Below the pieces are notes generated by a model that saw only the letters and a list, made by a program, of their open reading frames with translations, made no database searches and was not told the origin of the DNA. Positions 31,401 to 44,056 of a stretch of 64,000 nucleotides of DNA are shown piece after piece. How positions within the stretch are numbered: position 1 is the stretch's first letter; every line of letters starts with the position of its first letter. The position numbers and the translations under genes were made by a program. This DNA is from Macrostomum hystrix (taxonomy: Eukaryota > Animalia > Platyhelminthes), in the NCBI GenBank assembly GCA_950097015.1, contig CATNEN010000033.1, forward strand, positions 4,588,001 through 4,652,000. The letters are read 5' to 3'.

Positions 31401-34400
31401 ATCGCGACGATGCGCTTGGCTTTACATTGGGTCTTGCACTGCTCGCCTGTGACAAACAGGTTCTGGCTGCCACCACAGCCGTAATACGTGAACTCGTGGC
31501 AGTTTTTCGTTGTACTACTGTAAAAGTACATAGCTCTTTGCGAAGCTTCCACTGTCTGTCCTGGGCAAGTGTGACCGTGCGAAGGAGGGTATAAGCAGGG
31601 ATTGCTCTGCAGCTGACTCTGGCACATCTTGCGGCACTCGTGCATCGTAAGGAAGCGATTCCGGTTGCCAAGGCAACCACCGTAAGTCATTTCGTCGCAT
31701 GCTCCCGTGTCCTGGTTGAAGTAGTAGCGCTTCAAGCTGACATTGCACGGGCCCGTCTCCTTCGGCAAAAGGCAGATCTGGTGGCGCTTTTCCGGGTAGC
31801 AGTAGTTCTTGCAATCTGTCCACGAGCTGAAGAAGTTCAGGTCGCTGCCGTGCCTGCCCATCGACTGGTAGCAGTTAAATGAGGAGCTGTCGTAATAGAA
31901 CCCGAGTCTCTGTCGATTCTCGGCACTGGTATCTCCACTCGGGGGCCTTGAAGGTGCTGGAGCGTCTTTTGGTAGCTGACAGCGGTCCTGCACCATGTCC
32001 AAGGTCATCCAGCCACCACTGCAGAGCTTTTGGTGCGCCTCGCACAAGCTGCCGGGCTGACAAGACGTGGGCGTCACCTGGCACAACGATTGTTTGCTCG
32101 AGACTGAAAAGCATTGATGAAAAGAAGGTTCCAGAGAGAAAAAAGTTCATTACAGATAGCTCGTAGTTCCTTAATATGATAATCATTATCATGTTTCTGT
32201 ATCACAGTTGCGATGTCTATTCCACTCTTATATACGAGATTATAGCTAGTTCATCATTTTTCTAAGCACCAATAAGCAACCAGTCAGTGACTTCAAAGGC
32301 TTTTTTGAAGCTTTGGAATCTATGAATTTCCTTACCATAGTTCTTGCAGGCGTAGATGCAGTCTTCGGCGGTCTCGAAATTGTTGCCGTTGCCACCGCAG
32401 CCAGTGTACTTAAATACCGAGCACTTATTCCTCTTTGAGTCATAAAAGAACCTCAAAAGCCTCTTCCCGTCCGTCATCGGACAGGAGCCTGCTGACGGTC
32501 GTAGGCCGCAGACTCGGCCTTGAACCAGCAGAGGCGCTTGGCCCTCCGCTATCGGCAGGCGGCTGTTGTGGGCAGACGCGCGCTGTGGCGGTGACGTTGC
32601 TGGTTCAACAATACAAGTCTTTTGGCACGCAACCTCATCGAAGAATCGATTTTTGTTGCCATGGCATCCAGTGTAGGCGAACGACAGGCACTTACGCTGC
32701 TCTGGGCTGTAGTAGTAACGAATCAGCTCTTTTCCCTGCGAGGCGCACGCACCGGGGTCCTTCGGTAAGCTGCAGAGCTCTGAGATTGGAGAATGGCGAA
32801 ATTTTTGGGCTGGTGGACCACACACAGAGCTGCACCGTTGAATACTGCGAACAGATTTCTAAGTCGGAAGGTCATGTCCGGCTGGCGGCACGCATCTAAG
32901 GGCCCTCTGTTGCTACATCCCATCCTATATCCTATTTTTCGTTTTCTGTGTGTGCCGGCTTACATTCCGTCAGCGTGATCTTCTACCTGTATTCCACTGC
33001 TAAGGCTGCCTCCACTCGCCCAATGATGCCAGCGTCTAGTCCGCTCCTCGACGGAAGAGTTGCGGAATGTTTTGTGTGGGCCCTCGATCACACGCCAGGT
33101 CAAATTTGTCTTTAATTTCTATAGGCATTCGGGTTTGGCTAGCCCTTATCCCTCTCTGCTCCTGTTGCCACATCGATGTTTAAGGCAAATAATAGTGCAG
33201 GTATCAGTCCTGCTGGGAACGTGCCAAACCTTCTACAGAGCTGGGCAGGCAGAACTTCTGGCACTCCTCTCGCGAAGCGAAGCTATTGCTGACCCTGTCA
33301 GTGCCGCAAGCCCGACGACTGATGCACTGCTTGGTCTGTTCGTTGTAGAAGTACCTTTTCTCTCGGTAGGGGCACACTATGCCGTCCTGTTCGGAACTGA
33401 AAACAGCGAAGCATCGATCTGGAATTGTTTAAAAAATGTGTGAATTGCTTTTTAAGCTTGGACCCACAGAAAAAAAGAATAATGCTTCCCGCATTACACA
33501 CCTTGGATGATGCTGTCCTTGGCGGGGATCAGACACTGGTCACTGCAGGCTTGCTTCTGCCGAAAGAACTTGGAGTCTGCGAGTCCGCCGCACTCAGGAT
33601 TATCTCTGAGGACGGCCTGAATGCAGGTGCCGACCTTTTTAACATAATAGTACACCAGGGCACTTGACGAGTACCTGGAGCTGTCGTAGTCGATACAAGC
33701 GCTGGCCTCCTCAAACGAGCAGTTGGGCTTGTTAAATTCTAAGTAGGCAATTGAAAATGTTATTCAATATTATTAGGTCAGAAGATTTTAGTTATGCAAA
33801 TCATCAAAAGTGGGAAACGTGGATCTAGAACGCACGTTGAAAACGCCTCAAACAGAAGATCTCGCATTCCTCCATCGAGTCGAAGCGGTTTGAGGAGCCG
33901 GCACTCCCGTAGTAATTGTAACTCCTGCATTCACCATCGTTGGGCACATAGCCATAGGCGGTGATGGCTTTTGAGTCCGACATCCCATCAATCATGTTTC
34001 CCTGGCTTGTCTCCTGGCGACAGGGTTCGAAATCTAAAAATATTTTCGTTGCGTCACAATTTTTCGTAATATGCCAGCGTCATAATAAGTAAACGTAATC
34101 AGCGAGGCAAAACCCAACTTTCAGTGCGTTCAGCTTAAAGCTTTCCCCCTACAGCTTTGTCAAAGCAAATAAACCAAACAGTCACATCCATATGGATGCA
34201 GGTAAATCAACAGTAAAAAATTGGATTAATAGCTTCCTACAATAGTTACCTACTAACAAGAACATATTTATGAGAATAGTTAAAGATCACGTACTTAAAA
34301 TGGGCATCGAATTGGTGCGTGCAGGGGCTACAGTTGTGAAGACTGTTTGATTTGAACTTCTTCCAACTACGGGCCGCTTTAGACGGTCATTCGATGAATC

Positions 34401-37400
34401 CGATAGAGTTGTGTCATTTTGCATTACATTTGCCTGTGTGGTAGTCGTTGAAACTGTTGGTTCCTCTGCTGTCGTCGTTGGTTCCTCAGTTGAAGTCGTT
34501 GGTTTAGTTCTTGTGGTCTTGTGGTCAGTTGTGGTTGTTGTTTCAACTACAGTGGTCGTAGGTTCCTCAGTTGTCGTCGTTGTTTCCACAGTTGTTGTGG
34601 TTGGTTCCTCAGTTTTAATCGTTGGTTCCTCAGTTGTAGTCGTTGGTTCCTCAGTTGTAGTCGTTGGTTCCTCAGTTGTGGTCGTTGTTTCAGCTATTGT
34701 AGTCGTTGTTTCCTCAGTTGTAGTCGTTGGTTCCTCAGTAGTAGTCGTTGGTTCCTCAGTTGCATTCGTTAGTTCCTCAGTTGTTGTAGTCGTTGTTTCC
34801 TCAGTAGTAGTCGTTGGTTCCTCAGTTGCATTCGTTAGTTCCTCAGTTGTTGTCGTTGGTTCCTCAGTTGTAGTCGTTGTTTCTTCAGTTGCGGTCGTTG
34901 TTTCAGCTATTTTAGTCGTTGTTTCCTCAGTTGTAGTCGTTGGTTCCTCAGTTGTGGTCGTTGTTTCAACTATTGTAGTCGTTGTTTCCTCAGTTGCGGT
35001 CGTTGTTTCAGCTATTGTAGTCGTTGTTTCCTCAGTTGTAGTCGTTGGTTCCTCAGTAGTAGTCGTTGGTTCCTCAGTAGTAGTCGTTGGTTCCTCAGTT
35101 GCATTCGTTAGTTCCTCAGTTGTTGCGGTTGGTTCCTCAGTTGTAGTCGTTGTTTCTTCAGTTGCGGTCGTTGTTTCAGCTATTTTAGTCGTTGTTTCCT
35201 CAGTTGTAGTCGTTGGTTCCTCAGTAGTAGTCGTTGGTTCCTCAGTAGTAGTCGTTGGTTCCTCAGTTGCATTCGTTAGTTCCTCAGTTGTTGCGGTTGG
35301 TTCCTCAGTTGTAGTCGTTGTTTCTTCAGTTGCGGTCGTTGTTTCAGCTATTTTAGTCGTTGTTTCCTCAGTTGTAGTCGTTGGTTCCTCAGTAGTAGTC
35401 GTTGGTTCCTCAGTTGCATTCGTTAGTTCCTCAGTTGTTGTAGTCGTTGTTTCCTCAGTAGTAGTCGTTGGTTCCTCAGTTGCATTCGTTAGTTCCTCAG
35501 TTGTTGTCATTGGTTCATCAGTTGTGGTCGTAATTTCAGCTGTTGTTGTCGTTGGTTCCTCATTTGTAGTCGTTGGTTCCTTTGTTGTAGAGGTTGGTTC
35601 GACAATTTTAGTCGTTGGTTCCTTAGTTTTAGTCGTTTTTTCAGCTGCTGTAGCAGTAAGGATTTCAGCTGAAGTCGTTGGTTCCTCAGTTGTTGTGGTT
35701 GGTTCCACAGTTTTAGTCGTTGGTTCGACAGCTGTAGTCGTTGGTTCCTCAGTTGAAGTCGTTGGTTTAGTTCTTGTGGTTGGTTGTACCTGAGTTGTGG
35801 TTGTTGTTTCAACTGCTGTCGTCGAAGGTTCCTCAGTTGTAGTCGCTGTTTCCCCAATAGTTTTCGTTGGTTCCTCAGTTGTAGTCGTTGTTTCCTCAGT
35901 TGTAGTCGTTGGTTCCTCAGTTTTTGTCGTAGGTTCCTCAGTTGTTGTCGTTGGTTCCTCAGTTGTTGTCGTTGGTTCCACAGTTGTAGTCGTTGGCTCC
36001 TCAGTTTTAGTCATTGTTTCAGTTGCTGTAGTAGAAAGTTCCTTAGTTGTAGTCGTTGGTTCCTCAGTTGTGGTCGTTGTTTCAGCTGTTGTAGTCGTTG
36101 GTTCCTCGGTTGTAGTCGTTGTTTCAGTTGCTGTAGTAGAAAGTTCCTTAGTAATAGTCGTTGGTTCCTCAGTTGTGGTCGTTGTTTCAGCTGTTGTAGT
36201 CGTTTTTTCCTCAGTTGTAGTCGTTGGTTCCTCGGTTGTAGTCGTTGGTTCCTCAGTTGTAGTCATTGGTTCCTTAGCTGTTGTCGTTGGTTCCTCAGTT
36301 GTAGTCGTTGTTTCAGTTGCTGTAGTAGAAAGTTCCTTAGTAATAGTCGTTGGTTCCTCAGTACTAGTCGTTGTTTCAGTTGCTGTAGTAGAAAGTTCCT
36401 CAGTTGTAGTCGTTGGTTCCTTAGTTGTGGTCGTTGTTTCAGCTGTTGTAGTCGTAGGTTCCTCAGTTGTTGTCGTTGGTTCCACAGTCGTAGTCGTTGG
36501 TTCCTCAGTTGTAGTCGTTGTTTCAGTTGCTGTAGTAGAAAGTTCCTCAGTTGTAATCTTTGGTTCCTCGGTTGTATTCGTTGGTTCCTCAGTTGTAGTC
36601 TTTGGTTCCTCGGTTGTATTCGTTGGTTCCTCAGTTGTTGTCATTGGTTCCTCAGTTTTAGTCGTTGTTTTAGCTGTTGTAGTTGTAAGTTCTTCAGTTG
36701 TAGCCGTTGGTTCCACAGTTTTTGACGTTGATTCCACAGTTTTTGACGTTGGTTCCTCAATTGCAGTCGTTGTTTCAGTTGCTGTAGTAGAAAGTTCCTC
36801 AGTTGTAGTCTTTGGTTCCTCGGTTGTATTCGTTGTTTCAGTTGCTGTAGTAGAAAGTTCCTCAGTAATAGTCGTTGGTTCCTCAGTTGTAGTCGTTGGT
36901 TCCTCAGTTGTAGTCGTTAGTTCCTCAGTTATTGTTGTTGGTTCCTCAGTTGTTTTCGTTGGTTCCACAGTTGTAGTCGTTAGTTCCTCAGTTGTAGTCG
37001 TTGTTTCAATTGCTGTAGTAGAAAGTTCCTCAGTAATAGTCGTTGGTTCCTCAGTCGTAGTCGTTGGTTCCTCAGTTGTAGTCGTTGGTTCCTCAGTTGT
37101 AGTCGTTGGTTCCTCAGTTGTAGTCGTTAGTTCCTCAGTTGTAGTCGTTGCTTCAATTGCTGTAGTAGAAAGTTCCTCAGTAATAGTCGTTGGTTCCTCA
37201 GTCGTAGTCGTTAGTTCCTCAGTTGTTGTCATTGGTTCCTCAGTTTTTGTCGTTGTTTCAGCTGTTGTAGTTGTAAGTTCTTCAGTTGTAGCCGTTGGTT
37301 CCACAGTTTTTGACGTTTGTTCCTCAGTTTTAGTTGTTGGTTCCTCAGTTGTGGTCGTTGTTTCCTTGGTTTTATTCATTACTTCTTCTACTGTAGTTAT

Positions 37401-37803
37401 TGGTTTAAACATTTTATAAGTAGTTGTTGTTGGTCCAGTTTTCACTTGCGTCTCTGTTGTGTAACCTTCCGCTTCCTTTGATGTATTCGACTTTGCAGGC
37501 TTCTTGGTTGTTTCGAAAGTCTCATTTTGGAAGCCGAGTCGACCAAGAGCTTCGTTTATGTTAATTTTGTCACCCTCTGTTCTTGCTTCTGTGAGCGGAA
37601 ATTAAATTTTGGGTGAAAATTCGTATATTTAAATATTAGATGTTGTGAACAGGTTACGATAAAATTCGTCACCAGGAGAAAAACACAGTGAAAATCTAGC
37701 CAGGAACTCAACGCTTACCAGTTTGAGCATGGACGGCAGCCATCCTCAGCAGAAGAAGCAGTGGCACGACTGCCGCGGTAGCAGCGATGGTTCGCGCCAC
37801 CAT
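28498..37803 (-). CDS. Large secreted papilin-like protein: signal peptide, Thr/Glu mucin stalk, multiple Kunitz, antistasin-like, WAP, GCCPDG motif, 3 Ig, antistasin-like, PLAC/ShKT-like tail (~2,383 aa)
   Basis: Phase-consistent exons 37803-37719, 37588-34295, 34033-33836, 33738-33502, 33418-33230, 32779-32336, 32103-31057, 30978-30793, 30703-30012, 29809-29395, 29101-28919, 28679-28498 (7152 nt). Kunitz motifs such as YTGCGGNGNNFETAEDC; WAP ..CDFDLDCP..QKCC; Ig W...C pairs. Confidence 0.8.
34430..37440 (-). repeat. Coding 21-bp-based repeat (TTTTEEP and variants) forming the mucin exon
   Basis: ORF 34287-37445 is ~1,000 aa of T/E/P-rich repeats and is stop-free. Confidence 0.9.
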
Positions 37804-39129
37804 CTGGGGTCCTTGGCCTGTAGTTCTGAGTTCGGAGCAAGCGAACAGAGGCACTATTCAAAGCGGCAGCCGGGAAACTCGATGGAGATGTCAGATTCAA
37901 GTGAAGCCCAAGCAAATAGGTACAGAAGTTTTCGGAACCAGGACCTGGGCCTCTTACACTGAGCGGTGGGCAGACTTCCTTATTTCAGACTTCGCGTGGA
38001 ACTTCCAATAGACTGAGGGGAAAGAAATACTAGATTGGGAGCGAGATGAAGTGAATTCGCCCCGGTAATGACTTTCACGGCATTGGCCCAATCAGCATAG
38101 GAACCTCTCGGGTCTGCTTCCAACGCAACAGAATGCTGCTGTGCAGTCGGTGTGCGCATCTGTTGCCCCTCACACCCAGTCTCCTGGGCTCTCTGCAGAG
38201 AGGAATGAATGGTCGAAGCCCCCTGAAGACTGCTGGATGCTATAGTCTGAACTACCATCGCGTTAGAGAATTAACAAGGAGCCGCTAGGCCTCATCTGCC
38301 AATTTAATTCTTCTTAGAGTGACGTAACGTCCGTCTACTGGATCTTCCAGTCAGGAAAATGGCGGTTGCATAACCCAACGATTGCTGGAGCCTGTGGCTC
38401 TTTACCGGGGCAGCAATACCTGAGAGGATATTAAAGAGTTATCAAATCTCTTTGATCCATGGTTTGATCCAAGACCATGTAGCTCGTAGGCTTATCTAGA
38501 TCGTATTCGTATCTAGGGAATCGAACTGAAGCATTCAGTCAAGATCCACCCATGCAGCTGCCCTTCAATCTAGTTGCTGGCCTTGACTTAATTAACACCC
38601 TCCTTTGTTGCCCGCCAGAAGACGGTGGTTCAAATTCCACATCACAAAAATGTATAAGCTTCCTCTACCTAAAACTAATAAATTCCATTTCAACCGATTC
38701 CGACCTCATAGCAATGCTTATTTTTGCCAAGCTCAGAGTTTAAACCAAGTTTGGACCCTCCGAGTCGTATTTTGAAACTTCGTATCTCTCGTATAGGCCC
38801 AGAAGTCGAGGGTAAGCCAGAAGAAATATGTGTTTTTCCGAGCGAAGCTTTGCGGCGTAGAAGGCCTTTATTACTAGAGTGGCACGTCGTTAGGACTTCG
38901 ATTGGTGCATTTTTGCTGCACTTCAATAGCATATGCGCCTTGCTGCTATACATCAGGTTGGGTATCTGCCAACTTTTTGTGTGAGGAGTCCCAGATCGCG
39001 AGGCATTTTTATGATGCTTAGATTATCACCGAAAGTCGCCAGAACCGAACGGTTTACTTTGAACACACTATCTTACTCGTCAGTAGCTGAACGGTTGTCG
39101 TTAGCACTTTTAGTGAAATTTGAATAGTA

Positions 39130-40310
39130 TGCAAAAACTAGTCTTCACAGTAAGACACTAACTGGATGCAGTCACACACAGCGCGACAAAAGCAAACACA
39201 CACGATGGGCCGCTCATTTATTTAATTGGGTGGGTGAATTTTGGAGATAAAATAATGGGATGGCGGAGCGCACACAAGTAGAGAATGGAAAGATAAAGAG
39301 AGGCACAGAAAATCGATAGCATGCTACCTGCGAGCGTACATAGGGAGAGATGGAAGAGAAAGAACAGACAGAACGGACAATTAGATGGGCTGGAAGGGCA
39401 TGAGACAACGCTACGATAGTAATAGAATTCTGCGACACTCCCCCAAAAATTTAGAATTTTTTCCTTTTGAGATGAAGTACGTCAATGATACTGAGAAGCG
39501 AATTAGTTGACTGAATAGCAACCAAAAATATGAAAGCGAAACAATGCAGAACGGCGTGCGCTGGGAGCCTTTTTGCAATTAGAAGTATGAAGACTCGAAC
39601 GAAAAACAGCAATAGTGAAAACGATAAACCATTACACGAATGTAATTATCAGACTGACACCAATGGGGACACAAATTTTACTAGCCAATAAACAAGGTAC
39701 GAGTGTAAAAATGACGTGAAAATGAAGTACGAACTCAAGAAAAAAAGCACTGCATGAAAAAATTAAATCATGAAGCAACAATGAAACGTGACGCTACTAC
39801 TAAAACTGTGAGTTGAATTGAGCTGACATGGAGAGAGATGGTTTGAGCGCTACTCGGTGAGCTCAAGAGGGTTAACAAGCCTGAACCGGCGCTCAGCCCC
39901 CCCCCTCGGGGACCCCGATCCTGCACTGGGCCAAGCGAACCACGTCGGCAGAACGAACGGCGTCGTCGCGAACGACAGCGACGCGTTTCGATGACACCGA
40001 TCCTCCAGCAAAACGAGGTTAATTCCGCTCTCCTTGAATCATGACCACATCTCCGACCTTTGCAATAGAAACTCCGCTCTGAGTCTTCAATACTCTTTCT
40101 CTCAACTCTGATGCATACTGATCTCAGAAAACGCTGACAGCAGACCGAGGGAATCGCAATCGCTTCTGCAAGGGTAACAGCGCCGCTGGAGCACTGCCGC
40201 CTCCGGGAACGGGTTCCTGGATAACTCGAAAAATCGTCAAAAATCGAGTCAGAGCGGACAATTAGATGGCTGAGAGGGCATGAGGCAACACGACGCTAGT
40301 AATCGCGACA
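39130..40310 (-). mobile_element. Internally deleted BEL/Pao LTR retrotransposon remnant
   Basis: Minus strand: LTR-like start TGTCGCG at 40310, matching TGTCGCAG at 39437, which follows a GGGGGAG PPT. Between them is a decayed translation F*DQYASELRER...KVGDVVMIQGERN*PRF..WRIGVIE..DDAVRSADV, typical of the BEL/Pao post-integrase (DUF5641-like) region. Left boundary tentative. Confidence 0.65.
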
Positions 40311-40870
40311 TAGTTTATGCGGCAGCACTAGAGTTTTCGAAATGAGGCACTTGGAGTCGGCGCACCTTCATTCCATTATAGGTAGCTTAGAAATTAGACG
40401 TAGCTTAGAAGAAGTTTTCTACAGGGCCTGGTCTTTGTCTTTGATGCAGTGCATTAATATCGTTCTAGTTAAAACATGGTTGCAATGGAGTTTTTTCTGT
40501 TGGGTGGATCCCCAGTTCCACCCATTTAAGTTCTCCATTCTAAAGATTCCAAGAAATGCGACTGTGTTCGTTCATTTAAGTATTCCAGATCTTAATTGCC
40601 GCATTTAAAGGGGAGAATTATTTATTTTATCGCTCTACTTTCTTTCTAGTCCATTGAAAACTGATTGGCTCATCTCGTTGGTCCAGTGCAATGTATCATT
40701 AATAGATTATGAGGACAAGGCAGATGGACTCCTGAGAGAGGCCTGTAACTGCTTCGTCGCCACTCAATGTGCCAAAGGGCGTATAAGTCTAAATTTGGAG
40801 AGTTACTCGTTAAGGAAAGACTGCTTGTGGACGAAAGGCGTTCTCCGAGCGATCATTTGAAATCTTAGCC

Positions 40871-43178
40871 ATGACTCATCAGCAGCATCAGCAGCAAGTG
40901 GCGTCGGCGGTAGCATCCGCTGTGTCTTCCGCTACCACCTTGATTAGGGTTCGGCCAGAGTTCTACCTGGCCGACCTCGGTTCTCAGAACCCGCCGGCGC
41001 TCACCTTTGCCTTGCCGTCGCGAGCATTTAACTTCAGCGGCATCAGCGGTGGCGATAGTGGCGGCGGTGGCGTCAGCGGCATCGTCAACAGCGCCTCCTC
41101 CAGCTGCTCGCTGCCAGCGGACATCTCAGACGCAGGACGTGGCGGAGTTGACGAAGATGAAGCTCCTCCTGCTTCTGACAGTCGCCGGCCGCCGCTGCGG
41201 CCGCAGCGGAAGAGTTCGGCCACGAGTCCGCTGGTGGTATGCACCTGCCGTCGGCGGCTGATGAGCAATGACGAGGATGAAGACGACGGCCAGTGGCTGC
41301 CACCGCGACCGCCACCAAAACAGCTGCAGCCGCCGACGCAGCATTCAGTCGTTAGTGACTTAAACTTTAGTATTCAAAGCTGATCGATTGAGAGTTGGAA
41401 TGCCAAAGAAATCACTGATTTCATAAGGTCGCGCGATTTTATGGCGCAAAACTATAATCTTCTGGCAATTTATTTTTCCTGACTAGAAAGCCGTAAACGA
41501 ATCCCGCAGAATCATTTGTTCGGACGCGCCGGAGAGCAGCGCGGGCATTATTCAGCTTTCGAGTCCTCATCATACTCTATGGAAAACCTCCATCAGGTTT
41601 GGCTTCATGTCTTCCCACCTGCAAACTAACGAACTGCTTGGGTCAGACAGGTTTCGCCCAGCCCTGTGACAGGACTGATACTTGCAGGAATGGGTTTCCA
41701 AAGCTGCGGATTAGTCTGAACCGGATGGCAGATGAGGCACATCGCTTGTTGGGGATGGGGGCTGATACCTGGGCTTAAGTAAAGTCTGTCTATCCATACA
41801 GGCTTGGCTTATTTCGGCGACGGATGCTGGATTAAGGTTTGGGGTCTAATCAGAGCTTATGAGCATACTCAGCTAGCAAAATGACATGCGTCATTCGAGG
41901 TTCAGCAGTTTCTGGCCCTCCAGATTATCGAGAATTTCAACCTGGATTGGTGGCTAGCTGAACCTTGAAGATTCGTTAAAACTTATTCCTGGGAGGCTCA
42001 GCTATGCTTCATCAGATCAGTTTGAGAATATATTAATAGCAAGCTGAGCTGATTCAATCGTCCTATAATAACTTAAGAACACTGAAACTTTCCGCAATGC
42101 ACTCTGAAAATGAACTCAATCTGTGCCATAGGTGCTATAAGTAGTCGGAAGAAAAAATCGGTTGCATTGTAGTCCCATTGATGTTTAAAAATCCCAAAAA
42201 GCTAAAGCTAATCTCTATAAAGCTTGGGGCACCCACCACAAGTCCAAGAACTCGTTATAAATGCCGCACACTCATCTCTTTTAGCCCAGTAATTAGACCT
42301 TCGGACATAAAATTCACCCAGCTGTAATATGGCTCCGCTAGGGAAGACTTTTTTTCGTTTTGTGTGGCTACCCCTCTTCCCAGTCCATGGACTGAACAGT
42401 TGTATGCTTTGCCCTAGAAGCGCCGCGCAATAGTAGATCTAGCCAGAATGGGTTCGCTGTCATTTAGCTTCTCAATGAAGAAAAATCACGAAAACCGTCG
42501 CCTTAGTTTGTCTCCCAAAAACTCAAAAGGCAGCGGAGCGCGAGCGGGACGGCTTCGCATCGGCGACCCGTCGTCTCGAGGAGGAGAACGAAGCTCTGCG
42601 GCGTCAGCTACGTGACGCACGTCGCCAGCTGGAGGACGCGGAGCGGGAGTCCGAGCGACTGCGCGACGCGCACCTGCGTGCGGAGAGGGCACTGGAGGGC
42701 CGGGAACGGCTGCAGCGGCTGCGAGTCCGAGCGCTGGAGCAGCAGGTGCGCGATCTTACGACGCTAATCAGAAACTAAAAGTCAACACAATTGAAACACA
42801 AGTCAAAACAATACAATTGCCCGACCGTCATCTCTAAAGATTTCAGTGCTCAAGGAGCAGCAGCTCCGTCTTCAGCAGCGGCAGGTGGATGAGGAGGCAG
42901 GTGAGTCGCGCAGCCGCGCAGCCAGGCGATCGCATTCCCTCCGCCGGCATCAACGGCAGCTCCTCGATGGTGACGACCGAACGGGTATCGAACTGATGGA
43001 ATTGCGCGGCCTCCTGGACGCCTCTCTGGCGACAGTAAGTCAGGATCCTCGACTGGGTTCGGCGCTCCTGGAAGCTGAGACCCGTCGGCTCAGCGATGCC
43101 CTGCTGCTCCGTGGCGGACGTCGACACCTTCAGGAGGATGTTACACAGGCCGGCCGGCAGGGTGCCTGGAGGCGGTGA
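40871..43178 (+). CDS. Multi-exon coiled-coil protein of unknown family (model incomplete)
   Basis: Candidate exons 40871-41350 (low complexity), 41510-41596, 42534-42745 (TRRLEEENEALRRQLRDARRQLEDAERESERLR) and 42840-43178. At least one exon between 41596 and 42534 is unresolved (phase mismatch). Confidence 0.5.
42310..42405 (+). mobile_element. SINE family B fragment
   Basis: TTCACCCAGCTGTAATATGG...GTGTGG...CAGTCCATGGACTGAACAG, shared with the other family B copies. Confidence 0.5.
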
Positions 43179-44056
43179 AAGTATATCGGTGGCGTCTTTG
43201 GCCAGTGGTGTCTAGCAACGCTGTCACTTATCTTTTTTTAGATGGTAATAAAAGTCACCCACGAAAAGTACAGTACTTGCACTTGACAAAAAGTACATTG
43301 TAGAGCATGCTGATACTCGTAGCCAAGCTAAATTCCTGTAGTAGCGAAACAATGCTAAATACACTCGTATAAGCTTTGGGCTGGACCCGACGACATGCAC
43401 TTTACAAAATGCATATCCTAGCTCTTCTCTTTGGTCACTAGACCGCGACTTCAATTATAATTGTTTGACAAATAACAATAATGAACTGTTGAAAGTGTGA
43501 TTTTCATTTGTTTCAACCAATCGCTCAAGCAATAAAAAGGAATATAAGCATCAGCTAATCACGAATTTTTGTCCTAGATTTCATTCCACTGATTTGATTC
43601 GTGCACATTTTCTTTGTTTTCTTTGATAAGTCTTTTAGTTTCTTTAAAAGAGAATTTCATTCTGAGGGTTTCAGCCCTAAGCAAACTATATGACTGGCTC
43701 TATGATGTCTACAGGTATAATCTGTTTACAGTTGCGGATATGCCAGATTTGATTAGATTTTTTAAACATTATCTCAATCCCTATTTCAAATTTTAGCTCG
43801 TACATGCGCAACATCGCGTGACTTCATAAATCGCGAAATCAGACTTCGAGACTAGATGAAACTGTGACAGCCAACCGAATCGCTTGCTGCCAGCAAATCA
43901 CTTAGAGCTGTGGCCAATCAGACGAATTTCCCGCATGCCATTGATATAATTTAACAGTGCAGTTTAGCTTTACCTGCTCGTCTGCAGACAAGTCCTGGAG
44001 CATATTACCACCATATAATAGTACCAAACTGCTGGGCAGATAAAACTCAAGACAAT

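Noticed and set aside
34411-37419. Long plus-strand Val/Ser/Gly-rich and Cys/Arg-rich ORFs
   Set aside because: Antisense shadows of the Thr/Glu mucin exon.
38200-38258. Possible duplicate of the papilin-like first exon (MVVQTIA vs MVARTIA)
   Set aside because: Only a few codons are similar; there is no hydrophobic core or matching donor.
38550-38960. Possible decayed LINE RT fragment (EGKPEEICVF / AKLCGVEGL)
   Set aside because: Similarity is too short and fragmented to support without a search.
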